DNA of 64,000 nucleotides, taken from IMG/VR virus record IMGVR_UViG_2706796142_000001, positions 1 to 64,000 of that record. One strand, given 5' to 3'. The position numbers and the translations under genes are program-made. The notes beneath the pieces were generated by a model. It saw nothing but the letters and a program-made list of their open reading frames with translations. It was not told where the DNA came from and searched no databases. Of the stretch, positions 34,163 through 42,016 are shown piece after piece (position 1 is the first letter of the stretch; each line of letters begins with the position of its first letter). This DNA is from a virus (taxonomy: Duplodnaviria > Caudoviricetes).

Positions 34163-35152
34163 TTGAAAATTACCAATAAATCCAATATCCCACTGGCCTT
34201 GGGTGTTTGGCTTTTACACGACGAGTACGATTACATCGACCGACCGAATTACATTTCGGTTACGAAGATGATGAAGCCTCTGAAATCTCTCATTCTGGCT
34301 CAACGTGTTGAGAAGAAAGAGATTGAATGCGACCTTGAGGACTTTGTATCTCGTGCTCTGGGCCACTCACTCCATGACTCAATTGAGAAAGCATGGACGT
34401 TGAGTTACCGATCTTCTCTGAAGAAACTGGGCTATCCAGAAAGTGTTATCGAGAGGGTACTGATCAACCCGACCCAAGAACAACTGGCTAAGGTTCCTCA
34501 CCCCATCCCGGTCTACATGGAACAACGTATGTTCCGTGACATTAAGATCGGCAATGTGACATTCACTATCGGTGGTAAATACGACATGGTTGCCGAGGGT
34601 ATTCCTCACGACAACAAGTCCACCACTGCCTATACGTGGCTGTTTGATAGCAAGGATGATGACTATCGTCTTCAGATGAGTCTGTATCGTTGGATCGATG
34701 CAGGACAGGATCACCCTGTTATCACCGAGGACTTTGGCCGGATCAACTTCATCTTCACCGACTGGCAGAAGATGCAGGCGAAGTCCAATCCAAACTATCC
34801 CCAGAAGCGTCTTGAGCAGAAAGAAATTATGCTCACGCCGGTAAGGGATACGGAGAAGTGGATCCAGAATAAGATCGGGTTACTGGTTAAGTACTATCAG
34901 GAACCAGAAGAGAAGATGCCGGATTGCACACCAGAAGAACTCTGGATGAGCGACCCCGTGCATAAATATTATTCTGACCCTACAAAAACTGAGGGCCGTT
35001 CCACCAAGAACTTTGACAACTTGCCAGACGCTGAAGCGTTCAAGGCCAGCAAAGGTGGAAAGGGTATTATCAAATCATCACGCCCTGAAGCGAAGCGTTG
35101 CGGTTATTGCGATGCGGAGCCAGTGTGCAAACAGAGACAGCGATACCTATGA
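34163..35152 (+). CDS. PD-(D/E)XK (Cas4-like) exonuclease
   Basis: GG.YD, D.KST, QMSLY.W, C-terminal C.YC...C; TTG start. Confidence 0.8.
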   Translation: MKITNKSNIPLALGVWLLHDEYDYIDRPNYISVTKMMKPLKSLILAQRVEKKEIECDLEDFVSRALGHSLHDSIEKAWTLSYRSSLKKLGYPESVIERVLINPTQEQLAKVPHPIPVYMEQRMFRDIKIGNVTFTIGGKYDMVAEGIPHDNKSTTAYTWLFDSKDDDYRLQMSLYRWIDAGQDHPVITEDFGRINFIFTDWQKMQAKSNPNYPQKRLEQKEIMLTPVRDTEKWIQNKIGLLVKYYQEPEEKMPDCTPEELWMSDPVHKYYSDPTKTEGRSTKNFDNLPDAEAFKASKGGKGIIKSSRPEAKRCGYCDAEPVCKQRQRYL

Positions 35153-37323
35153 TTGATTTGACTGGAGTCACTCATCATCCTGCCCTTGAGAGCATCGTAG
35201 AGGTGCTCTGTAACAAGACGCAGAACACGGATCGGGGATTCTTCCGAACCGAGGTAGCTTACTTTTTAGGTAAGATTGCCAGTAATATGCGAGCCACCAT
35301 TGTCACCAAAGACCGTGGTGAAATCCCGGTAAATATCTACGCACTGGCTCTGGCAACGTCTGGTTTTGGTAAAGGTCACTCTGTGAACATTATCGAAAAC
35401 GAATTCATGAGAGGCTATAAAAAGCGTTTCATGGAAGAGACAATGCCAGTGATCGCAGAGAAATCTCTGTGGAACATTGCCAATGAACGTGCTGCCCGTA
35501 ATGGCTCAGACTTGAACGATGAGTTTGAGAAAGCTGAGGGGGAGTATCGTCGTGCCGGGGCATTCCCATTCACATTCGACTCAGGTACTGCACCTGCTGT
35601 TAAGCAGCTCAGAACCAAACTGCTGATCTCAGACATTGGTGCTATCAATCTTCAGATCGATGAGATTGGTTCCAATCTGGTGAACAACATCGAAGTTCTG
35701 ACGTTGTACCTTGAGCTTTATGATCAGGGTATCGTTAAGCAGAAGCTCACCAAAAATACGGCTGAGAGTTCTCGTGCCGAAGAGATGGACGGTAAGACAC
35801 CTGCCAACATGTTGCTGTTTGGTACTCCTGCCAAATTGCTCGATGGTGGTGCTGTGGAAGACCAGTTCTATTCTTTCCTCGACACGGGTTATGCTCGTCG
35901 TTGCCTGTTTGGATGGGGTCAGCATGATCGTAAGGCGTTTAATACTCAGACGCCGGAAGAGATCTATAACAAGCTGATCGAACCATCGAACAATGCAGCT
36001 ATGCAGCAGTGGGCAGCACAGTTCCACCGTCTGGCAGATCCAGCCATGTACAACTGGTTAATGACCGTTGAACATGAAGTGGGTGTGAAGCTGGTGGAAT
36101 ATAAGATCAACTGTGAACGTGCAGCGGATCAGATGGCTGACCACGAAGAAATTCGTAAAGCTGAAATGTCTCACCGTTACTTCAAAGCTCTGAAGTTAGC
36201 CGGGGCTTATGCCTTTGTTGATGAAAGCAATGAAGTGGAAATGTCCCATCTGCTATCTGCAATTCTGCTGGTAGAGGAATCTGGTGCAGCCTTCCAGAAG
36301 ATCCTCACTCGTGAGAAAGCCTACATGAAGTTAGCCAAGTATATCGCTGCTGTTGATGGCGATGTAACTCATGCTGACTTGAATGAGGCATTGCCGTTCT
36401 ATAAGTCTGGTCAGGCAGCTCGTAATGAGATCATGACCATGGCTACGGCGTGGGGCTATAAGAAGCACATCATCATTAAGAAGAAGTTCGATAGTGGTAT
36501 CGAGTTCTTCCAAGGTGAGACGCTGAAAGAAACTGATCTGGATAAGATCCGTGTCTCTTATAGCGATAACTGGGCTTATAACTACGAAGGTGTAGAAGCT
36601 CCGTTTGACCAACTCCACCTCATGACCCAAGGAGAAGATGAGAACGGTGGGCCTATCCACTGGGTGAATCATCACTTCAAGGGTGGACACCGAGCCACTG
36701 AGAATATAATCCCCGGATTTAACTGCATCGTCATCGATGTGGATCATGGCATCCCCATTAAGACAGCTCATGAGTTGTTGGCTGGGTATAAGTTCATGAC
36801 ATACACGACCAAACGTCACCAGACGGAAGGTCACGGGGATCGCTATCGTATCATCCTGCCGATCAACTATACGCTGGAACTCGATACCGAGGACTATCGT
36901 AAGTTCATGAATGGTGTGCTCTCTTGGCTCCCGTTCGATGAACCAACGGATGATGCTTCAGAGCAGATTGCGAAGAAGTGGGAGAGTTTCTCTGGTGGTT
37001 CATACCACTATAACCTCGAAGGTGAAATCTTCGATGCTCTGCCGTTCATCCCTCGTACCAGCCGTAACGAAGACTTCCAGAAAGAATTCGCCAAGGTTGA
37101 GTCCATGGATAACCTCGAACGCTGGTTCGCTCAACGTATGGCATCCGGCAACCGGAACAAGCAGATGATTAAGTATGCTCTGGCTCTGGTTGATAGTGGT
37201 ATGGATCTGGTGAGCGTAAGCAAACAGGTTCATGCCTTCAATGCCAAGTTGGTTAACGGTCTGCCAGAAGATGAGATCAACACAACGATTCTCGCTACTG
37301 TCGCAAAGCGTCTAAACAATTAA
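35149..37323 (+). CDS. DNA primase (N4 gp43-like)
   Basis: SGFGKG, D.GT..A, IDEIGS, GYARR; C-terminal IVIDVD, YTTKRH, GNRN (PriCT-like); start ATG 35149. Confidence 0.85.
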   Translation: MIDLTGVTHHPALESIVEVLCNKTQNTDRGFFRTEVAYFLGKIASNMRATIVTKDRGEIPVNIYALALATSGFGKGHSVNIIENEFMRGYKKRFMEETMPVIAEKSLWNIANERAARNGSDLNDEFEKAEGEYRRAGAFPFTFDSGTAPAVKQLRTKLLISDIGAINLQIDEIGSNLVNNIEVLTLYLELYDQGIVKQKLTKNTAESSRAEEMDGKTPANMLLFGTPAKLLDGGAVEDQFYSFLDTGYARRCLFGWGQHDRKAFNTQTPEEIYNKLIEPSNNAAMQQWAAQFHRLADPAMYNWLMTVEHEVGVKLVEYKINCERAADQMADHEEIRKAEMSHRYFKALKLAGAYAFVDESNEVEMSHLLSAILLVEESGAAFQKILTREKAYMKLAKYIAAVDGDVTHADLNEALPFYKSGQAARNEIMTMATAWGYKKHIIIKKKFDSGIEFFQGETLKETDLDKIRVSYSDNWAYNYEGVEAPFDQLHLMTQGEDENGGPIHWVNHHFKGGHRATENIIPGFNCIVIDVDHGIPIKTAHELLAGYKFMTYTTKRHQTEGHGDRYRIILPINYTLELDTEDYRKFMNGVLSWLPFDEPTDDASEQIAKKWESFSGGSYHYNLEGEIFDALPFIPRTSRNEDFQKEFAKVESMDNLERWFAQRMASGNRNKQMIKYALALVDSGMDLVSVSKQVHAFNAKLVNGLPEDEINTTILATVAKRLNN

Positions 37324-37368
37324 CCAGTTAGCCCTTACTCCGGTGAGGGCTGACATTGAGGAACTTAA

Positions 37369-38100
37369 ATGTCTCAGGCAAATAAAAAGATTGTAATGAT
37401 CATGGGTAAGCCGAATACCGGCAAGTCCACTTCATTACGCAACATGAACCAAGAAAGCATGATCTACCTGAACACGGATCTTAAAGATGTTCCGTTTCGT
37501 GATCGCTTTCTGATGAACGTGGAAGTGTCTAATGCAACTGATATTCTGGGCTTTATCGATGATATTGAGCACAGTGATGAGTGTTCTGGTGCAGCGTTGG
37601 ATACGATTACGTTTCTGATGGCAATGTACGAACGGCAGTATGTTACGCCGTTCGCTGGAACCAAAACAGGCCAGTCAGCATGGGGTGACTACGGTAACTT
37701 TTATCGCAGCTTCATCCATGCCATTAAGTCCGGCAGCAAAAGCTACGTGATTCTGGCTCATGAAGATGAGTCGCTTAACGAGCAGTCCATGCAAATGGAA
37801 AGCCGGGTTCCTGTTAAGGGTGCCGTTGGTAAGATCGGCGTTGAAGCCGACTTCACAACCATCCTGCGTACTCTTCAAATTCCGGTTAAGAAACTGGAAG
37901 GTCATGAAAATGATCTGTTGACCATCACCGACGAAGAACGTGAAGACGGTGTGAAATACGTCTTCCAGACTCGTATAAATAAAGAGTCTGCTGGTGCAAA
38001 GATGCGCTCTGCAATGGGCCTGTGGAGTCGTAACGAGCTGTATATCGATAATGATATGGCTCTGGTTTATAAGCGACTGGAAGACTACTACGGTAAGTAG
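37369..38100 (+). CDS. Sak4-like AAA ATPase (N4 gp44-like)
   Basis: GKPNTGKS, LDTITF, ILAHE, VKGA...GVEADF. Confidence 0.82.
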   Translation: MSQANKKIVMIMGKPNTGKSTSLRNMNQESMIYLNTDLKDVPFRDRFLMNVEVSNATDILGFIDDIEHSDECSGAALDTITFLMAMYERQYVTPFAGTKTGQSAWGDYGNFYRSFIHAIKSGSKSYVILAHEDESLNEQSMQMESRVPVKGAVGKIGVEADFTTILRTLQIPVKKLEGHENDLLTITDEEREDGVKYVFQTRINKESAGAKMRSAMGLWSRNELYIDNDMALVYKRLEDYYGK

Positions 38101-38171
38101 TCAGGTACTTTGAAATGTTCCACGGTGGTTGTTCACCGTGGATCCAATCTGTTAAAAAAAGCGAGTTGAGA

Positions 38172-38939
38172 ATGACTAATTTATTTGGAAACCTGAACAG
38201 TGAAGGTCTGGAAAAAACCAAAGACGTAACTGGTGGTGGCTTCACTCTGGAAACTGGTGTTTATCAGGGTAAAGTTAAAGTGGCTTATGCTGGTAAATCA
38301 GCTCAGGGTGCTGCTTCAGTTACCGTTATCTTCGTAAGTGATTCCGGTAAAGAACTGCGTGAAACCGTGTATGTGACCAGCCGTACTGGTCAGAATTACT
38401 ACCATCCGAAAAACAAAGATGGTAGCCGTGACACCACTAAAAAAGTGCCACTGCCGGGCTTCACCATCATCGACGATCTGTGTCTCGCCATTACTGGCAA
38501 GCCGTTGTGCGAACAGTCCACTGAAGAAAAAGTGGTCAAGATGTGGGACAAAGATGCCAAGGCCGAGCTGCCTAAGAACGTACAAGTTCTGGACGAGCTG
38601 ACCGAAGGCGTTGTGACTCTGGCTATCTGGAAGAACCTCGAAAACAAATCCGAGTTGCGTGGCAATGATTATGTGCCAGTTGCAGATACCCGTGACACCA
38701 ACAACATCGAAAAAGTGATCCACACTGCCAGCGGCATGACCATCGTCGAAGCCCGTGACAATCTGGATGCATCTTTCGCTAAAACGTGGGGTGAAAGAAA
38801 CACTGGCATCACCCGTGACAAGCGTGAGATCAAAGACGGTGCAGGTGCGGCAGGTGCTCCTACCAAACCAGCAGGCGGTGCTCCAGCAGCAGACGCTGGT
38901 GGTGCTCCACGTAAGTCTCTGTTCGACAAAAAGAGCTAA
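38172..38939 (+). CDS. ssb: ssDNA-binding protein (N4 gp45/N4SSB-like)
   Basis: D..GGG..LETG.Y, S..GA, LPG...IDDL, terminal RKSLF motif; start ATG 38172. Confidence 0.85.
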   Translation: MTNLFGNLNSEGLEKTKDVTGGGFTLETGVYQGKVKVAYAGKSAQGAASVTVIFVSDSGKELRETVYVTSRTGQNYYHPKNKDGSRDTTKKVPLPGFTIIDDLCLAITGKPLCEQSTEEKVVKMWDKDAKAELPKNVQVLDELTEGVVTLAIWKNLENKSELRGNDYVPVADTRDTNNIEKVIHTASGMTIVEARDNLDASFAKTWGERNTGITRDKREIKDGAGAAGAPTKPAGGAPAADAGGAPRKSLFDKKS

Positions 38940-38942
38940 CGG

Positions 38943-39497
38943 ATGCTCATTCCAGTAGCAGGTTTTGATCCCAGCTTAAATAGCTGGGGTATTGCCGAAG
39001 GCAAATTAGATCTGACTACTGGGATACTCGACGGTCTGGTACTGGAAACAATTGAACCAGAAAAGAAACAGGGTAAGCAGGTTCGACAGAATAGCGTTGA
39101 CCTGCAACGTGCTGAAGACCTTGCAGCTAAAGCAATTGAAGTTGCCAGACGCTGTAAGGTCGTCTTTGTTGAGTGTCCCGTTGGTTCTCAGTCTGCTAAC
39201 GGTATGAAAGCCTACGGCATTGTCGTGGGTGTATTGGGAGCCATTCGAGCATTAGGCATCCCGGTTATCGAAGTCACTGCTATGGAGTCGAAGAAGATCT
39301 TCACTGGAGATAAGAACGCCACCAAGCAGAAGATGATCGATACGGCAGTAAGGTTGTATCCCGAAGCTAACTTCCCTATGTATCGTGGGGCAGTGGCTGT
39401 CAAAGCAGAACATGTGGCAGATGCAATTGCTGCAATTCATGCCGGGGTACACACCCCGGTATTCAAAAATTTAATGCGATTATTCGCAGAGGTTTAA
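38943..39497 (+). CDS. RuvC-like Holliday junction resolvase
   Basis: AGFDPSL..WG, FVE.P.GSQ, K..M, EH.ADA.AA. Confidence 0.88.
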   Translation: MLIPVAGFDPSLNSWGIAEGKLDLTTGILDGLVLETIEPEKKQGKQVRQNSVDLQRAEDLAAKAIEVARRCKVVFVECPVGSQSANGMKAYGIVVGVLGAIRALGIPVIEVTAMESKKIFTGDKNATKQKMIDTAVRLYPEANFPMYRGAVAVKAEHVADAIAAIHAGVHTPVFKNLMRLFAEV

Positions 39498-39500
39498 TAA

Positions 39501-39974
39501 ATGCAAGTTACCCTGACCCAAGCAGAAATCGAACAGGCTCTGAAGAACTTTATCAATGACCAGATCAACATCAAAGAAGGCATGGAAATCAATATTGATA
39601 TCCGTGCTACCCGTGGTGCTGATGGTACTACTGCTGTCATCGATATCGTTCCTGCTGGTTCTAGCACTCAGGTTGCTGCTGCCCCAGTTAAAGCTGTAAA
39701 GGCTGAAACTAAACCAGTGGCAAAGGAAGAAGCTCCTAAGCCAGAAGTGAAAGCGGAAAAAGCAGCCACTGTCGTAGCTGATGCAAAGGCCGAAGACACG
39801 CAGGATGTAGCACAGACCAATACTGGTGCTGTAGCTGGATCTGCGACTGTTGCTGGTGAAGAAACTGCTCAGGCAGCAGAACCAGTACAGGAAACTAAGG
39901 CTGAGGTAGCTCAGGAAGCTGCCCCACGTCAGAGCCTGTTTTCCGGCCTGAAAAAACCAACCCCTAACGAGTAA
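39501..39974 (+). CDS. Conserved N4-like protein (gp47 position)
   Basis: MQ.TL.QAEIEQA...I.IRATRG.DG start; GAGG RBS. Confidence 0.72.
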   Translation: MQVTLTQAEIEQALKNFINDQINIKEGMEINIDIRATRGADGTTAVIDIVPAGSSTQVAAAPVKAVKAETKPVAKEEAPKPEVKAEKAATVVADAKAEDTQDVAQTNTGAVAGSATVAGEETAQAAEPVQETKAEVAQEAAPRQSLFSGLKKPTPNE

Positions 39975-39982
39975 GGCAGCCT

Positions 39983-40123
39983 ATGAGGATACTGATCTAC
40001 GGTATCCTCACGGTAGCTGTCGTACTCGCAATCACTTCAGCTATCGTGTCGATTGCTCCATACGTAGCGATAATCATCGTGATTGCCTTAATCGGCTGGT
40101 TCGTAGACAGACCTCCTAAGTAA
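39983..40123 (+). CDS. Small membrane protein (46 aa, not in ORF track)
   Basis: Hand-translated MRILIYGILTVAVV...GWFVDRPPK; AAGG RBS. Confidence 0.7.
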   Translation: MRILIYGILTVAVVLAITSAIVSIAPYVAIIIVIALIGWFVDRPPK

Positions 40124-40139
40124 TGGGAGGTCTTTTTTT
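40109..40139 (+). terminator. Rho-independent terminator
   Basis: AGACCTCC...GGAGGTCT plus T-run. Confidence 0.75.
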
Positions 40140-40206
40140 GGATGGTTACTCATAACCTCCTGCTGAAGTTCCTCCTGTTAATAGGCAGGAGGCGTGTTGG
40201 CGCACA

Positions 40207-40623
40207 GTGAGTAATCATCCACAAGGAGATCCTATGCTAATTGATCCAGAAGAGAATGAAGAAGTTCTTGTCTCAGGAATTATGCTGTTTGACTGTAATG
40301 AACGTTTGATGTGTCCTGACTGTGGCACCATTAGCAACAAGCATCTGTGCTCTGCACCATTCTTTTACCAGTACAAACACAGTCCATTTATAGGCCCACA
40401 GTTTGTCTGTCATCACACCTGTCATCGTTGTGGTTACAAAGATGATGTGGGAAGTGGCTTCACTGACTCAGGTAACTATGAGTCTGAAGAAACAGATGGT
40501 ATTCAGGAATGGGAAAAAGAAATCGATGAACTGGAAGATGAGCTTGCTATCTTAAAGCAGAAGTTGGAAAACGGTAAACGCCGTTGGGCAATGTTATGGC
40601 ATGTTGATCATGATGCAACATAA
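40207..40623 (+). CDS. Putative zinc-ribbon protein with C-terminal coiled coil
   Basis: CPDC and C.RC pairs; start may be ATG ~40234. Confidence 0.6.
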   Translation: MSNHPQGDPMLIDPEENEEVLVSGIMLFDCNERLMCPDCGTISNKHLCSAPFFYQYKHSPFIGPQFVCHHTCHRCGYKDDVGSGFTDSGNYESEETDGIQEWEKEIDELEDELAILKQKLENGKRRWAMLWHVDHDAT

Positions 40624-40637
40624 CGTAGGAGTTTACA

Positions 40638-40838
40638 GTGGAACATATCCCTAAAGAAGAATTGATTGTTGGTAAGCGTTACAAGGGTCGTTGTCGTAAC
40701 GCTACAGAAGCAGTATGGGATGGTAAACAATTCGAGTATACCCGTAGTAAGTTTGGGCATACATTTCAGGAGAAGATCTATTGTCCTGAAGATGATGATG
40801 TTTACGATGTGTTCTATGCTCAACAAGCTATTGACTAG
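40638..40838 (+). CDS. Hypothetical phage protein
   Basis: AGGAG RBS; GRCRNATEAVW...KFG...PEDD..YDVF. Confidence 0.7.
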   Translation: MEHIPKEELIVGKRYKGRCRNATEAVWDGKQFEYTRSKFGHTFQEKIYCPEDDDVYDVFYAQQAID

Positions 40839-40860
40839 CAACATAAGTTGGTAGTAGTAT
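40831..40860 (+). promoter_or_regulatory. Sigma70-like promoter of the tRNA operon
   Basis: TTGACT-18 nt-TAGTAT; tRNA-Asn starts 8 nt after the -10 box. Confidence 0.65.
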
Positions 40861-40867
40861 CATTTTC

Positions 40868-40943
40868 GACGGGTTAGCTCAGTTGGTAGAGCGATTGACT
40901 GTTAATCAATTGGTCATCGGTTCAAATCCGGTACTCGTCGCCA
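40868..40943 (+). tRNA. trnN: tRNA-Asn(GTT)
   Basis: Hand-folded cloverleaf, loop CT-GTT-AA, encoded CCA. Confidence 0.95.
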
Positions 40944-40949
40944 AATTAT

Positions 40950-41026
40950 ATTCCCGTAGACAAATTGGTACAGTCACCACACTTTCACTGTGGAGTTTGT
41001 GGGTTCAAGTCCCATCGGGAATGCCA
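40950..41026 (+). tRNA. trnE: tRNA-Glu(TTC)
   Basis: ATTCCCG/CGGGAAT acceptor, loop CT-TTC-AC, CCA. Confidence 0.93.
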
Positions 41027-41032
41027 AACAAT

Positions 41033-41108
41033 AGTCCTATAGTTCAGTCGGTAGAATACCTCCCTGTCACGGAGAAGGTCACGGGTTCGAGTCCCGTTAG
41101 GACTGCCA
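41033..41108 (+). tRNA. trnD: tRNA-Asp(GTC)
   Basis: AGTCCTA/TAGGACT acceptor, loop CT-GTC-AC, CCA. Confidence 0.93.
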
Positions 41109-41111
41109 AAT

Positions 41112-41187
41112 TGCTTCATAGCTCAGTGGGTAGAGCAACCGCCCGATAAGCGGTAGGTCACTGGTTCAAGTCCAGTTGAAGCAACCA
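41112..41187 (+). tRNA. trnI: tRNA-Ile(GAT), atypical C33
   Basis: TGCTTCA/TGAAGCA acceptor, loop CC-GAT-AA, CCA. Confidence 0.92.
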
Positions 41188-41189
41188 GT

Positions 41190-41339
41190 TTAGAGGTATT
41201 CAAGGTCGTTGGTCATAGTGGTTTTCGGTATAGCCCCGAACAACGTAAAATGATCCCTTGCCTCTAATCAATTCCGATTCGCTACCGGAAGACCTGTCAA
41301 CCAGACACTAACTGGTCAATTGGGTGAGAAGCCCATTCA
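41190..41339 (+). ncRNA. Predicted structured RNA A/B in the tRNA operon
   Basis: Nested stems TTAGAGG/CCTCTAA, CAAGG/CCTTG, CGTTG/CAACG, TTCGG/CCGAA, then three hairpins including TGGG-TGAGAAG-CCCA. Confidence 0.6.
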
Positions 41340-41345
41340 AATTAT

Positions 41346-41440
41346 GGAAGCTACAAACACAAGTAGGTCAGGTATTCCTTGGGGCAGTGTCTGACGTGAA
41401 AGTGGAATTGTGAGTGGTGAGAACCCACGAGCTTCCTGCA
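41346..41440 (+). ncRNA. Predicted tRNA-like structured RNA C
   Basis: 7-bp GGAAGCT/AGCTTCC closing stem plus TGCA end; T-arm-like GTGG-TGAGAAC-CCAC; long arm CACAA/TTGTG, GTCAG/CTGAC. Confidence 0.65.
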
Positions 41441-41445
41441 AATTA

Positions 41446-41527
41446 GGGGGATTAGTCAAGCGGTCGAAGACGGCAGACTGTAAATCTGTTATCCCACACG
41501 GTAGTTCGAATCTATCATCCCCCACCA
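41446..41527 (+). tRNA. trnY: tRNA-Tyr(GTA)
   Basis: GGGGGAT/ATCCCCC acceptor, loop CT-GTA-AA, CCA; unpaired 10-nt variable region. Confidence 0.92.
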
Positions 41528-41531
41528 ATTA

Positions 41532-41608
41532 CGGCATTTAGCTCAGTTTGGCAGAGCATCGGCTTTGGGAGTCGAGGGTCGAAGGTTCAAATCCTTCAGT
41601 GCCGACCA
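41532..41608 (+). tRNA. trnP: tRNA-Pro(TGG)
   Basis: CGGCATT/AGTGCCG acceptor, loop TT-TGG-GA, CCA. Confidence 0.93.
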
Positions 41609-41613
41609 AATTT

Positions 41614-41705
41614 GGAAGATTGGCTGAGTGGCTAAAGGCGTCCGGTTGCTAACCGGAAGGCGGTGTAACAGCTTCCCACTGGTTCGAATCCAGTATCTTC
41701 CTCCA
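41614..41705 (+). tRNA. trnS: tRNA-Ser(GCT)
   Basis: GGAAGAT/ATCTTCC acceptor, loop TT-GCT-AA, long variable arm, CCA. Confidence 0.93.
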
Positions 41706-41710
41706 TCTTC

Positions 41711-41787
41711 AGGTCGTTAGCTCAGTTGGTTAGAGCACCGGACTTTTAATCCGGATGTCATTGGTTCGAGGCCAATACGACCTACCA
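41711..41787 (+). tRNA. trnK: tRNA-Lys(TTT)
   Basis: AGGTCGT/ACGACCT acceptor, loop CT-TTT-AA, CCA. Confidence 0.94.
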
Positions 41788-41789
41788 AA

Positions 41790-41906
41790 TTACAGTCCAG
41801 CTTTCTTCTAAATGAAACTCTATTGTGAGTGACAAATAGATCCCCTTAGGGGTAAGGGAAGTTGATAACAATATGCAGTACCCAACTACTGCTGGACTGT
41901 AACCCA
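41790..41906 (+). ncRNA. Predicted CCA-ended structured RNA D (117 nt)
   Basis: 10-bp TTACAGTCCA/TGGACTGTAA closing stem plus C-CCA; GCAGTA/TACTGC hairpin; branched internal arm. Confidence 0.65.
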
Positions 41907-41987
41907 TTTCGGCTCGCTAATCCGAAAACTTGATGTGCTGCTTAACTGGGCTATCCCCCCATCCAAAAGGTTAACTGCACATCGCCT
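41907..41987 (+). ncRNA. Predicted structured RNA E
   Basis: TTTCGG-CTCGCTAAT-CCGAAA then GATGTGC/GCACATC with TTAAC/GTTAA and TGGG/CCCA. Confidence 0.5.
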
Positions 41988-42016
41988 GCCTCGATTGGTT
42001 CCCGTAAGGAACTACT

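Noticed and set aside
41188-41445. Hammerhead ribozyme, group I intron or extra canonical tRNA in the gap
   Set aside because: CTGACGTGAAA lacks the CUGANGA/GAAA core arrangement; flanking tRNAs are intact; no anticodon or D arm found by hand (Infernal not run)
40883-41528. ORFs 40883-41149 (+) and 41337-41528 (-)
   Set aside because: Overlap clear tRNA genes and the structured RNAs
41711-41787. tRNA-Lys(TTT) as an obvious anticodon-nuclease escape variant
   Set aside because: Loop CTTTTAA and the A31-U39 pair are host-like, so sequence alone gives no support
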